Assembly (NCBI GenBank): GCA_902569865.1
Contig: CACFVT010000001.1
Span: 22,350 to 86,349 of the forward strand
Direction of reading: 5' to 3'
DNA: 64,000 nt
From: an uncultured Alphaproteobacteria bacterium
GTDB taxonomy: Bacteria; Pseudomonadota; Alphaproteobacteria; HIMB59; GCA-002718135
Under the pieces are notes generated by a model. The model had not been told where the DNA came from, searched no databases, and saw only the letters and a list, made by a program, of their open reading frames with translations. The position numbers and the translations under genes were made by a program. Positions 17,603 to 27,130 of the stretch are shown in pieces (position 1 is the first letter of the stretch; each line of letters begins with the position of its first letter).

Positions 17603-19540
17603 ATGTCCGATAAAAAGTTGTGGTCTCCTTCCACAACAAGAAATAACATTAATAAATTTACAAACTATATAAATAAAGAAATAAATATAAATTCGTATGA
17701 AGATTTACATAGATGGAGCATAGAAAAAAAAGAAATATTTTGGGATAAGATTTGGCAATTTACAGATATTATAGGTGAAAAAAAAAATATAATTTTTAGA
17801 GATTCAGAAAACTTTATTGAAACAAAATTTTTTGAGACTTCTCTTTTAAATTATGCTGAAAATTGTCTTCAAAAAAATAATGATGGTGATGCTATAATAT
17901 TTTATAATGAACAAAAATTTTCAAAACGAGTAAGCTGGAAACAATTAAGATCAAATGTATTTAAAATTTCACATTATTTTAAAAGTATAAATATAAAGCA
18001 ACAAGATAGAGTAGCCGCTGTCCTTCCAAATATACCTGAAACGGTGCAAGCTTTTTTAGCTTGTGCTCAAATAGGTGCTGTTTGGTCATCTTGTTCATCT
18101 GATTTTGGGCCAAGAGCTATAATTGATAGATTTCAACAAATTGAACCAAAAGTTTTAATAATTACAGATCATTATTTTTACAATAATAAGAAGATTGATA
18201 CCTTAAAATATATTAAATCCATTATTAATGAAATATCCTCAATTGAAAATATAATTATTGTTCCTTATGGAGAAAATAAAATTTTAATTGAAGATTTTAA
18301 ATATAAAAATTGGAATGAAATTTTAAAAAGCAAAGATAAATATGAAAGATTTGAAAAATATAATTTTAACCATCCTCTTTATATTTTATATTCAAGTGGT
18401 ACTACAGGCATTCCTAAATGTATTGTTCATGGAGCTGGAGGCTCATTAATACAGCATAAAAAAGAACATCAATTACATTTAGATATAAAAGAAAATGATA
18501 AAGTTTTTTATTTTACAACTTGTGGCTGGATGATGTGGAATTGGCTCGTATCTAGTTTAGCTTCTAAAACTGCAATTGTGTTGTATGATGGTTCTCCATT
18601 TTTTCCAAATAATGAATATTTATTTGATATTGTAGAAAAAGAAAAAATTACTTTTTTTGGTACAGGTGCAAAATATATTGATTATTTAAAACAAAATAAA
18701 ATCATAATTAAAGATAAGTATAAACTATCAAAACTGAAAACGATAGCTTCCACTGGCTCTCCTCTTGTTCAAGAATCTTTTGAATATATTTACTGTAATG
18801 TAAAAAATGATTTACATTTAGCGTCTATCAGTGGCGGAACTGATATTGTATCTTGTTTTGTTATTGGAAATCCAAATATGGATATATATTCAGGAGAAAT
18901 TCAATGCGCTGGCTTAGGTATGGATGTAGATATTTTTGATGAAAAAGGTAAATCAATAAAGCAGAAAAAAGGTGAGTTAGTTTGTAAAACTCCATTTCCT
19001 TCTAAGCCAATTTATTTTTGGAATGATAAAGACAATAAAAAATATTTAGATGCCTATTTTAAGAAATATAAAAATGTTTGGCATCATGGAGATTTTTGTG
19101 AAAAAACTGAAAATAATGGATTTATAATTTATGGAAGATCAGATGCGACATTAAATGCTGGTGGTGTTAGATTTGGAACAGCAGAATTATATAGAGTTGT
19201 GGAAAATATTGATCATATTAGTGAATGTGTAGCTGTTGAACATAGCTTGTACAATGATACAGAAGTTATTTTATTTATTAAGATGCAATCTCAATTAAAT
19301 TTGAATGAGGATTTAATAAAATTGATTAAATTTGAAATTAAATCTTACCTTTCACCTAAGCATGTTCCAAAAAAAATTTTTCAAGTTAAAGATATTCCTA
19401 AAACAAAAAGTGGCAAGATTGTTGAGCTAACAATTAAAAAGATTATAAATGGACTAGATGTTAAAAGTAAAAACACACTAGCAAATCCTGATTGCCTAAA
19501 AGAGTTTGAAAATATATATAAAGAAATAAAAATTAATTAA
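17603..19540 (+). CDS. Acetoacetate-CoA ligase (acetoacetyl-CoA synthetase)
   Basis: 645 aa. AMP-binding motif YSSGTTGIPKCIVH. The N-terminal LWSPS...HRWSIEKKEIFWDKIW pattern is typical of acetoacetyl-CoA synthetases rather than Acs. Confidence 0.8.
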   Translation: MSDKKLWSPSTTRNNINKFTNYINKEININSYEDLHRWSIEKKEIFWDKIWQFTDIIGEKKNIIFRDSENFIETKFFETSLLNYAENCLQKNNDGDAIIFYNEQKFSKRVSWKQLRSNVFKISHYFKSINIKQQDRVAAVLPNIPETVQAFLACAQIGAVWSSCSSDFGPRAIIDRFQQIEPKVLIITDHYFYNNKKIDTLKYIKSIINEISSIENIIIVPYGENKILIEDFKYKNWNEILKSKDKYERFEKYNFNHPLYILYSSGTTGIPKCIVHGAGGSLIQHKKEHQLHLDIKENDKVFYFTTCGWMMWNWLVSSLASKTAIVLYDGSPFFPNNEYLFDIVEKEKITFFGTGAKYIDYLKQNKIIIKDKYKLSKLKTIASTGSPLVQESFEYIYCNVKNDLHLASISGGTDIVSCFVIGNPNMDIYSGEIQCAGLGMDVDIFDEKGKSIKQKKGELVCKTPFPSKPIYFWNDKDNKKYLDAYFKKYKNVWHHGDFCEKTENNGFIIYGRSDATLNAGGVRFGTAELYRVVENIDHISECVAVEHSLYNDTEVILFIKMQSQLNLNEDLIKLIKFEIKSYLSPKHVPKKIFQVKDIPKTKSGKIVELTIKKIINGLDVKSKNTLANPDCLKEFENIYKEIKIN

Positions 19541-19543
19541 TTT

Positions 19544-20527
19544 ATGCCAAAACAAATAGTAATTTCAAAATTAGGTGGTCCAGAAGTTTTAAATTATCAA
19601 GAATATAGTTTACCAAAAATTATTAAAGATAAGGAAGTAAGAATTAGACATACAGCTATTGGTCTTAACTATATAGATACTTATCATCGATCTGGTATCT
19701 ATCCACTTCCATCTGAATTGCCTGTATGCCTTGGTATGGAAGCAACAGGTGAAATTATTGAGATTGGAAATGAAGTTACAAACTTTAAAATTGGTGACAG
19801 AGTAGCCTATGCAACTCCTCCAATAGGGGCATATTGTGAGATAAGAGATTTTCCTGAAGAGAAATTAATAGCTATTCCTGATTTTTTAAAAGATGATGAA
19901 GTAGCTTCAATTCTTTTGCAAGGTATGACAGTAGAATATCTATTTGAAAGATTATATAAAATTAAAAATAACGAATTTATTTTATTTCATGCAGCAGCTG
20001 GTGGTGTAGGTCTTATAGCATGTCAATGGGCTAGATCAATTGGTTGTAAAATGATTGGAACAGTAAGTACAAAAGAAAAAGCTATACTAGCAAAAAAGAA
20101 TGGTTGCGAATTTACTATAAATTATAAAGAAGAAAAAGTTTCAGATAAGATAATGGAAATTACAAATAATAAAGGTGTGCCAGTAGTTTATGATGGTGTT
20201 GGCAAAGATACTTTTGATGAATCGATAAAATCACTTTCACCGAGAGGTCTAATGGTATCTTTTGGTCAATCATCAGGAATGGTAGAAAAATTAGATATGC
20301 ATAAAACTTTTAACCCTAAAAGCTTATTCTATACTAGACCAAGTCTTATGGGTTATACACTTAATAGAGAAGAACTTTTAAATTGTTCAAACAATTTATT
20401 TGAAAAAATGAAAAATGGAGATGTTAAAACAAATATTTATAAAAAATTTAAATTAAATAATGCGGAAGAGGCTCATAGAATATTACAATCTAGAAAAAGT
20501 TCTGGCTCAATAATATTAGAGCCATAA
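19544..20527 (+). CDS. qor: NADPH:quinone oxidoreductase (zinc-independent MDR family)
   Basis: 327 aa with the MDR fold and nucleotide-binding AAAGGVGL. Sequence is Qor-like throughout. Confidence 0.8.
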   Translation: MPKQIVISKLGGPEVLNYQEYSLPKIIKDKEVRIRHTAIGLNYIDTYHRSGIYPLPSELPVCLGMEATGEIIEIGNEVTNFKIGDRVAYATPPIGAYCEIRDFPEEKLIAIPDFLKDDEVASILLQGMTVEYLFERLYKIKNNEFILFHAAAGGVGLIACQWARSIGCKMIGTVSTKEKAILAKKNGCEFTINYKEEKVSDKIMEITNNKGVPVVYDGVGKDTFDESIKSLSPRGLMVSFGQSSGMVEKLDMHKTFNPKSLFYTRPSLMGYTLNREELLNCSNNLFEKMKNGDVKTNIYKKFKLNNAEEAHRILQSRKSSGSIILEP

Positions 20528-20528
20528 G

Positions 20529-20603
20529 TGGCGACCCCTAGGAGAATCGAACTCCTCTTTTCAGGATGAAAACCTGATGTCCTAACCGATAGACGAAGGG
20601 GTC
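20529..20603 (-). tRNA. tRNA-Glu (anticodon TTC)
   Basis: The reverse complement GACCCCT...AGGGGTCGCCA has anticodon stem TCAGG/CCTGA and loop TT-TTC-AT. T loop is TTCGATT. Confidence 0.9.
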
Positions 20604-20647
20604 TAATGAAAGGTTATATACATATTAAACTTGATTTTTCAAATTAT

Positions 20648-22414
20648 TTAATCAATTTTCATAACATCCTTTATAATTAATTGAGGTCTGGTATCTTTAG
20701 AAAATTTATCTGAGGTAATACTACATCCAAAATAAAATTTATATTTATTAAACTTTTCTAAATAATCACCTAATATTGTTCCTATAGAATTAAAACAAAT
20801 CCCTTTAATATTATTACCCAAATCATTTTCAAAGAAAATTAAAATATGTTTATTTTTAATAATTTTAATTGAATCAATCTTTAAATCATTAATAATAAAG
20901 TGTGGCTCAGGATTACCATTACCGTAAGGTTCGAGTTTTTCTAAAGATTCTAATAGATTATTATTAATATCATTTATCGAAATAATTAAATCAAAATTAA
21001 TTATTTTTTTAAAAATATTTTCTTGATATTCATTAAAAATTTCATCAAGAAAAATTTTAAAATTTTTTAGATCTTTATAATTTATTTTGATCCCAGCAGC
21101 CATCGCATGACCACCTCCTTCTGAAATTATACCTTTGTTTTTTGCATGTAAAATAATATTGCCTAGATCAACCCCATCTATTGATCTAGCTGAACCAGAG
21201 CCATAATTATTAAGAAAAGATAAAACTATAACTGGTTTATTGTATAAATCTAATAATTTGCTAGCCACTATTCCTAGTACACCCTGATGCCAATTTTCTC
21301 CATAAACTAAAATGTATTTTGAATTTTTCTGTATTTCCGCTTGTTTATTTGCAAGTTCTAAAATTTTACTTTGAATTAGTTTTCTTTTTTCGTTAAGTAA
21401 AAATAGTTTTCTACTTATTTTTTCAATTTGCTCAGTATCATTCGTAATTAAAAGTTTTGAAGCTAATGATGAGTCATCAATTCTACTTGCGGCATTAATT
21501 TGAGGTCCTACAATGTAACCAAGATCTTGTGAAGATGGAGGGGTATTGAGTTTTGAATTATCTATTAATTTAGAAATACCTTTATGATATCTTTTGTGAA
21601 TTAGTTCCAAACCTTTTAACACAAATAATCGATTAAATTGCTTTAACTCTACAAGATCACATACAGTGCCCAAGGCTACTAAATCTAAATAAGATAAAAG
21701 GTTTGGTTCTTTTTTATTATTAAAAAAATTATGATTTCTTAATTCTTTTCTTAATGACATTAAAAATAAAAATGTAACACCTACAGCTGCCATGTGTTTG
21801 TAATCACTTTCATCATCAAATCTATTAGGATTAATAATTGAATGTACATTTGGTAATTCATTATTAGCTAAATGATGATCAATCACAATAACATCAATTT
21901 TTTTAAATTCTTCATTATCAATAATGTTATTTGAGGTGGTCCCACAATCTAAAGTAAATAATAAATCAATATTTTCCAATAGCATTTCTCTCATAATTTT
22001 TAAATTTGGGCCATAACCATCAACTAATCTATTTGGGATTTTTAAAGTTATAGAAGAATTATAATTTTTTAAAAATTTATATAAAATAGATGCTGAAGTT
22101 GATCCATCAACATCATAATCTGCAATTATTCCAATTTTTTGATTTTTTTTTATTGCCTCAACAACTCTTAAAGTAGCTAGAGTCATATCTTTTATATTAT
22201 TTGGATGTGGAATATGTTGATTGATATCTGGGCTTAAATAAAAATCTATATTTTCTTCCTTTATATTCCTTATTGATAAAAGTTTACCAACAAATGAAGA
22301 TAATTTAAATTTTTGAGATAAATATGATGCATTTCTTTCATCATAATCAATTAATTTCCATTTTTTGTTTGATAATGAGTTTGAGTGCTCAATTTTATGT
22401 ATTTCACTATTCAA
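20648..22414 (-). CDS. recJ: Single-stranded-DNA-specific exonuclease RecJ
   Basis: 588 aa with DHH motifs (DYDVDGSTS, DHH) and a DHHA1 region GGGHAMAAG. Confidence 0.9.
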   Translation of the reverse strand: MNSEIHKIEHSNSLSNKKWKLIDYDERNASYLSQKFKLSSFVGKLLSIRNIKEENIDFYLSPDINQHIPHPNNIKDMTLATLRVVEAIKKNQKIGIIADYDVDGSTSASILYKFLKNYNSSITLKIPNRLVDGYGPNLKIMREMLLENIDLLFTLDCGTTSNNIIDNEEFKKIDVIVIDHHLANNELPNVHSIINPNRFDDESDYKHMAAVGVTFLFLMSLRKELRNHNFFNNKKEPNLLSYLDLVALGTVCDLVELKQFNRLFVLKGLELIHKRYHKGISKLIDNSKLNTPPSSQDLGYIVGPQINAASRIDDSSLASKLLITNDTEQIEKISRKLFLLNEKRKLIQSKILELANKQAEIQKNSKYILVYGENWHQGVLGIVASKLLDLYNKPVIVLSFLNNYGSGSARSIDGVDLGNIILHAKNKGIISEGGGHAMAAGIKINYKDLKNFKIFLDEIFNEYQENIFKKIINFDLIISINDINNNLLESLEKLEPYGNGNPEPHFIINDLKIDSIKIIKNKHILIFFENDLGNNIKGICFNSIGTILGDYLEKFNKYKFYFGCSITSDKFSKDTRPQLIIKDVMKID

Positions 22415-23699
22415 TTGGAATTATCGATATATTTTCATTAACAAACTCGAGATCAGAGATTTTATTTACTGAATTAAGTAGCTCCGAAGTTTTTATTTTA
22501 TGAGTTATAATTAAAATAGGTATATTGTTTTCTTTTTTATCTGGAGTTTGAAGAATTTTTTCAACAGAGATATTTGAATCATTTAGGTAAGTGGTAATTT
22601 TTGATAAAACACCGGGTTGATCCTTTACTCTTATTCTTAAATAAAATTTAGATTCTAAATTTGATGAGTCAAATTTTTGATATTGTTTTAAATCATTAAT
22701 ATTGTAACCAATAGAAGTAAATTTAGAATTATTTGAAATTTCAAATATGTCAGACAAGATAGAACTAGCAGTAGCCAATCCACCAGCACCCTCCCCTTCA
22801 AGGTATAAATTTTCCAACTGATCTGTTTCGACATTAATTGCATTTAATGCGCCATCTACATTTGCCATAGGTTTATCTAATGGTATTAATTTTGGTTTAG
22901 TAGAGCTACATATCATATCATCAATTAAGAAACTTTCAGAGATTAATTTTATTCTAAAACCTAAATGCTTAACAAAATTTATATCTTCAATAGTTATCTT
23001 TTCTATTCCTTCTACTGTATTTAAATTAAAATCAACATTTCCTCCAAATGCAATAGTGCTGAGTAATGTCAGTTTATGTGCAGCATCATACCCGCCTATA
23101 TCTAATTTAGACTCATTATCAGAAGTAAAGCCTCTTTTTTTTGCGTCATGCAGAACATCTTTAAAAGATTTATTTTGAGTTTCCATAGTTGTAAGAATAT
23201 AATTTGTTGTTCCATTAAGAATGCCTGAGATTTTTTTGATTTTATTTAAAAAAATATTATTTTTTAAAGTCTTGATTATTGGAATACCTCCGGCAACTGC
23301 AGCTTCAAAAAGCAAAGATACTTGATTTTGTTCTGCAATGCTAAAAAGCTCTTGCCCATGCATAGCTAACATAGCTTTATTGCCAGTCACCACATGAATT
23401 TTTTGACTTAATGCAGTTTTTACTAATTCATAGCTTACACCTTTTTCATAACCAATGAGTTCAATTAAAATATCTGGTTTTGAATCATTAATATTCAACA
23501 AATCTATTGGGTTCTCAATCCATTTATAATTTGTAACATTAAAGTTTCTTTCTTTATCTCTATTTTTTGCTGATAAGCCTATTATATTTATAATTAAATT
23601 AGATTTATTTTTTATGTATTGAGAATTTTTATCTATTAATCTAACTACAGTTGAACCTACATTTCCTAATCCTGCAATACATATGTTTAAATTTTTCAT
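22407..23699 (-). CDS. hom: Homoserine dehydrogenase (with C-terminal ACT domain)
   Basis: 430 aa. N-terminal GLGNVG Rossmann motif and catalytic-domain pattern. The C-terminal part is ACT-like. Confidence 0.9.
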   Translation of the reverse strand: MKNLNICIAGLGNVGSTVVRLIDKNSQYIKNKSNLIINIIGLSAKNRDKERNFNVTNYKWIENPIDLLNINDSKPDILIELIGYEKGVSYELVKTALSQKIHVVTGNKAMLAMHGQELFSIAEQNQVSLLFEAAVAGGIPIIKTLKNNIFLNKIKKISGILNGTTNYILTTMETQNKSFKDVLHDAKKRGFTSDNESKLDIGGYDAAHKLTLLSTIAFGGNVDFNLNTVEGIEKITIEDINFVKHLGFRIKLISESFLIDDMICSSTKPKLIPLDKPMANVDGALNAINVETDQLENLYLEGEGAGGLATASSILSDIFEISNNSKFTSIGYNINDLKQYQKFDSSNLESKFYLRIRVKDQPGVLSKITTYLNDSNISVEKILQTPDKKENNIPILIITHKIKTSELLNSVNKISDLEFVNENISIIPIE

Positions 23700-23881
23700 C
23701 AGTTTTTTAATTTTTCTTCTATACAGGTATCTATATCTGTTTTATCATTTGATGATAATTGACACAAATCAAATAATTCCTCTTTAGATAATTTTAAATC
23801 TTTAAAATTAGGGACAGAGTCTATATCTGGATAACTACATGAATATAAAGTTATAAAAACTAAAATAATGATTAATTTCAT
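23699..23881 (-). CDS. Small hypothetical lipoprotein
   Basis: 60 aa. Signal peptide with a lipobox (LYS-C). Start and stop both overlap the flanking genes (argC and hom), so it is embedded in the operon. Confidence 0.45.
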   Translation of the reverse strand: MKLIIILVFITLYSCSYPDIDSVPNFKDLKLSKEELFDLCQLSSNDKTDIDTCIEEKLKN

Positions 23882-24909
23882 TTTGTTAAAGCTGAAGATT
23901 CATCAAAACCTTGGCTTAAATTAAAACACTGTACTGCTTGCCCTGCAGCTCCCTTAATAAGATTATCAATTAAACTCACTATAATAATTTTAGAACTATC
24001 ATAATGATCGAAAATTTTTAATATGCAAGTATTAGTATTTTGAATAGAAAAAAAATCTGCCCTTTGATCATTTTGAATAAAATTTATAAACTGGTTTTTA
24101 TTTGACATATCATTAAAACAATTAATTACATCACTTTTATTAATATCTGATAACAAGTCACAATATATAGTTGACATCATACCTCTAAAATTGGGCAAAA
24201 CATGAGGATTAAATGAAAATAAAACTTCTGAAGACTTAGTGTTTTTCTTCAATTCTTGTCTAATTTCACAAATGTGTCGATGCGTATTAGTATTATAATT
24301 AAAAAAATTAAAATCCTTTGAATTTTTTATATTAAGTAAATCAAATTTTTTGCCAGCTCCACTGTAGCCAGATTTAGAATCTATTATTATATTTTTTGAG
24401 TCAATTATATTATTTTTCAAAAGAGGGATTAATGGAATTAAAATTGAAGTTGGATAACATCCGGGTACTGCAATATTTTTTTTGTTACTTAATATATTTT
24501 TATTAATTTCAGGAAGTCCGTAAAAGAAATCTTTTAATAAATTTGGAGCAGAATGTTTTTCATTATAATTTCTCTCATAAATTTCAATTTCATCCAATCT
24601 AAAATCTGCTGACAAATCTATTATCTGAACTTTATCGTAAAAAGATTTTACATATTTGTGAGATGCACCATGGGGAAGAGCCAAAAAAACTGTATCAACT
24701 TTAGAAGAATCAAAATTTGCATTTAATTTAGTTGATGGATTAGTAGAAAGATCTATTGAAGGATCAATATCTTTCAGCAATTTATCTGGGTTGTTTTCTG
24801 TACCAAAAAACGTAATGTTAACATTGGGATGCTTGGATAATATTCTAACTAATTCTAACCCAACAAAGCCAGTTGAGCCCAGAATGGCTACTGATACTTT
24901 TTTTGTCAT
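23878..24909 (-). CDS. argC: N-acetyl-gamma-glutamyl-phosphate reductase
   Basis: 343 aa. N-terminal ILGSTGFVGLEL NAD(P)-binding motif, catalytic PGCYPTS. Conserved rplM-rpsI-argC order. Confidence 0.85.
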   Translation of the reverse strand: MTKKVSVAILGSTGFVGLELVRILSKHPNVNITFFGTENNPDKLLKDIDPSIDLSTNPSTKLNANFDSSKVDTVFLALPHGASHKYVKSFYDKVQIIDLSADFRLDEIEIYERNYNEKHSAPNLLKDFFYGLPEINKNILSNKKNIAVPGCYPTSILIPLIPLLKNNIIDSKNIIIDSKSGYSGAGKKFDLLNIKNSKDFNFFNYNTNTHRHICEIRQELKKNTKSSEVLFSFNPHVLPNFRGMMSTIYCDLLSDINKSDVINCFNDMSNKNQFINFIQNDQRADFFSIQNTNTCILKIFDHYDSSKIIIVSLIDNLIKGAAGQAVQCFNLSQGFDESSALTK

Positions 24910-24917
24910 AATAAAAT

Positions 24918-25358
24918 TTATCTTTTAGAAAATTGATAACTTCTTCTTGCTTTCGCCAAACCAGATTTTTTTCTTTCTACAACTCTTGGGTCTCTTGTAA
25001 TAAAACCAACTTTTTTAAGAGAAGGTCGAAAAGATGTATCATAAATACTCAAAGCTTTGCTTATTCCATGTCTTATTGCTCCAGCCTGACCAGATAGGCC
25101 TCCACCTTTGACAGTTGCCATAATCTCATAAACACCTTCTCCATCTACAACATTTAGAGGCTGATTAACTATCATTTGTAAAACAGGTCTTGCAAAATAT
25201 TTGTCTACAGTTTTACCATTAACTGAAATCTTACCATCACCTCGCTTTAACCATACTCTAGCAATTGAATTTTTTCTCTTACCAGTTGCGTATACTCTAT
25301 CTTTATTATCAAGTTTTATTTCACTAATATTTTCAGGGTTGTTTTCTAAGTTATCCAT
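24918..25358 (-). CDS. rpsI: 30S ribosomal protein S9
   Basis: 146 aa. [12 protein letters not shown]...[19 protein letters not shown]...[24 protein letters not shown]. Confidence 0.95.
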   Translation of the reverse strand: MDNLENNPENISEIKLDNKDRVYATGKRKNSIARVWLKRGDGKISVNGKTVDKYFARPVLQMIVNQPLNVVDGEGVYEIMATVKGGGLSGQAGAIRHGISKALSIYDTSFRPSLKKVGFITRDPRVVERKKSGLAKARRSYQFSKR

Positions 25359-25360
25359 AA

Positions 25361-25823
25361 TTACCTTTTAAAATTCTTTTCATTTAATTTAGTAAAATCA
25401 ACTTTTTTTGGTTGTTGCGCGTCATGTGAATGCTTTTCTCCAGAATAAATTTTACAGTTTGATAATTGTTTTTTTCCAAGAGGACCTGAAGGTATCATTC
25501 TCTTAATAGCTAACTTAATTATTTCATTAGATTTGTCTTTAGCTTTCATTTTTTCTGGGTTAGTTTCTTTTATTCCACCTGGGTATCCCGTATGTCGGTA
25601 ATAAATTTTGTCTTTAGCTTTTTTCCCAGTTAAATGGACATAATCTGAATTTATAATAATTAAATTATCTCCACAGTCTTGATTGGGGGTATAATTGGGC
25701 TTATTTTTACCTCTTAATACATTAGCAGAAAATGCAGCAAGTCTACCTAGTACAGCATCTTTTGCATCAATTAAAATCCACTCTTTTTTTTATCTCTTCT
25801 TTTTTTAAGCTAAAAGTTTTCAT
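25361..25823 (-). pseudogene. rplM: 50S ribosomal protein L13 gene with an apparent 1-nt frameshift in an A8 tract (likely a functional gene with a sequence error or slippage rescue)
   Basis: ATG 25823 is preceded by GGAG and gives MKTFSLKKEEIKK (compare E. coli MKTFTAKPETVKR), then a stop after 5 more codons. The remaining 141 codons (EWILIDAKDAVLGRL...GYPGG...AQQPKKV) are in the +1 frame. The junction is T8 at 25784-25791 on the plus strand. The total of 463 nt is 3n+1. Confidence 0.85.
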
Positions 25824-25835
25824 TTCGGTGCTCCA

Positions 25836-25862
25836 CTTATATTTTAGACAAATTTAAGTCAA
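25836..25862 (-). promoter_or_regulatory. Putative promoter of rplM-rpsI
   Basis: Minus strand reads TTGACT - 15 nt - TATAAG, followed by GGAG and ATG 25823. The spacer is shorter than optimal. Confidence 0.35.
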
Positions 25863-25863
25863 T

Positions 25864-25897
25864 AAAAATAAAAAAAACCCTCCTTTTGGGAGGGTTT
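25864..25897 (-). terminator. Rho-independent terminator downstream of proteorhodopsin
   Basis: Minus strand reads AAACCCTCC-caaaa-GGAGGGTTT followed by a long T run. It lies 23 nt after the PR stop codon. Confidence 0.75.
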
Positions 25898-25919
25898 GTA
25901 TTAATAATTAATATAAAAT

Positions 25920-26615
25920 TTAAGCTGAAGCTGAATCTTTAACAGCTGCATTCCAAATTATTAGACCAAATAATATTTTGTTAACAAAATCTGCTAAATT
26001 ATATACCCAGTTTAAAGTATTCATATCAACTGTCTCCATCATAAGACCGAATACATATCCTAGTGGGTAAATAGCCCAGCCTACTAAGACAATTAATCTC
26101 ATTGCGTTAAAAGCATTAGAGACAGATTGGTTTGAAGATGCTGCTTGACTTGCCTCTCCTCTGAAAATTTCCCAGATGATAACAGCCCAACCAATCATAC
26201 CTATGATAAATCCTAATATGACAGGAATCATTCCTGCCTCTCCAAGATAACCGCCTACAACCATAACCAAAGTACCAACTAGAAGTCTCCAAAACGATCC
26301 TCCTGATACTGCAGCTCCAGCAGCAATTAAAATCAAATAAAACTCAACCATTTGCAATGGAACCGTTAATACCCAATCAATATATCTGTAAATAACAGGA
26401 GATTCTCCCATTACTACCCAATATTCTCTCATATACATGTAATGAACAGCCGCTATAAATGTAATTAAACCTGCGACTACCATTGAGGTTCTCCATTTGC
26501 CAGATACTCTCATTCCTTCATAAAAAAAGAAAATTGTAGCAGCCCACATAGCTATAGATACTATCCAAAAGGTAATTCCAACAAAATCAGAACCACTTAA
26601 AAAACTATGATCCAT
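25920..26615 (-). CDS. Proteorhodopsin (proton-pumping type, Gln at spectral tuning site = blue-absorbing)
   Basis: RYIDWVLTVPLQMVEFY carries the D97/E108 equivalents, with Q at the 105 equivalent (CAA at 26352-26354). HYMYMR and the Schiff-base Lys in NLADFVNKILFGLIIW are present. Start set at ATG 26615, which has AAGGAG 8 nt upstream; the TTG 26654 of the ORF track is 5' UTR. Confidence 0.95.
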   Translation of the reverse strand: MDHSFLSGSDFVGITFWIVSIAMWAATIFFFYEGMRVSGKWRTSMVVAGLITFIAAVHYMYMREYWVVMGESPVIYRYIDWVLTVPLQMVEFYLILIAAGAAVSGGSFWRLLVGTLVMVVGGYLGEAGMIPVILGFIIGMIGWAVIIWEIFRGEASQAASSNQSVSNAFNAMRLIVLVGWAIYPLGYVFGLMMETVDMNTLNWVYNLADFVNKILFGLIIWNAAVKDSASA

Positions 26616-26743
26616 AAAAAATACTCCTTGTTTTGATAATTGACTTATACGCAAAAAATATGATTTTTAAATAGTAAAAATTACAAGTAAAATAAATAAA
26701 ATCTTTTAAATTAATAATTTAAATAATTGATTTATATATATTA

Positions 26744-27130
26744 TTAAGAAATTAAAATTTTTAGATTATTTATAATATTTTTTAATTTTACATTATTATT
26801 TGTTTTAACGACTTTGTGCTTATCTGGCGTATTACTGTCATCAATAAATTGTTTTTCCATTTTTTTTGAGGATAAAATTTTTTTCACAAGATCAAGCGAA
26901 TAATTGTGTTTACCCTCCTCAAATAAAATATTTTTAATAATAGATAATTTATTGATATGATTTTTATTAAAATACCTAGTTCCACCCTTTGTTCTCATTG
27001 ATAAACCCTCTATTCTTAATCGTTTAGTTTTTGGATCAATAGAATCCCAGTGCCTAATAACATGCTCCTTAAGATTAAGTATATTGGACACTTCTTTTAT
27101 ATTAAAATATTGCTTATTATTTTCCATCAA
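26744..27130 (-). CDS. MerR-family transcriptional regulator (short, conserved partner of ihfA)
   Basis: 128 aa with an N-terminal MerR HTH (FNIKEVSNILNLKEHVIRHWD...GGTRYFNKNHINKLSIIKNILFEEG). Overlaps ihfA by 14 nt. Confidence 0.75.
   Translation of the reverse strand: MMENNKQYFNIKEVSNILNLKEHVIRHWDSIDPKTKRLRIEGLSMRTKGGTRYFNKNHINKLSIIKNILFEEGKHNYSLDLVKKILSSKKMEKQFIDDSNTPDKHKVVKTNNNVKLKNIINNLKILIS

Noticed and set aside
26616-26654. TTG-initiated N-terminal extensions in the ORF track: proteorhodopsin MRISQLSKQGVFF, TRAP SBP MGRRI at 39863, L32 MENY at 28641, NrdR extra M at 36871, RuvX at 57107 and the hydrolase at 17173
   Set aside because: Downstream ATG codons have better Shine-Dalgarno spacing and/or match canonical family N-termini. 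The extensions are non-hydrophobic or overlap divergent genes.
26744-27130. MerR-family regulator next to proteorhodopsin as a possible light-responsive (LitR/CarH-like) regulator
   Set aside because: It has no B12-binding or other sensory domain (128 aa only). As I recall, the ihfA-merR pairing is conserved in alphaproteobacteria that lack rhodopsins, so adjacency to PR is probably incidental.
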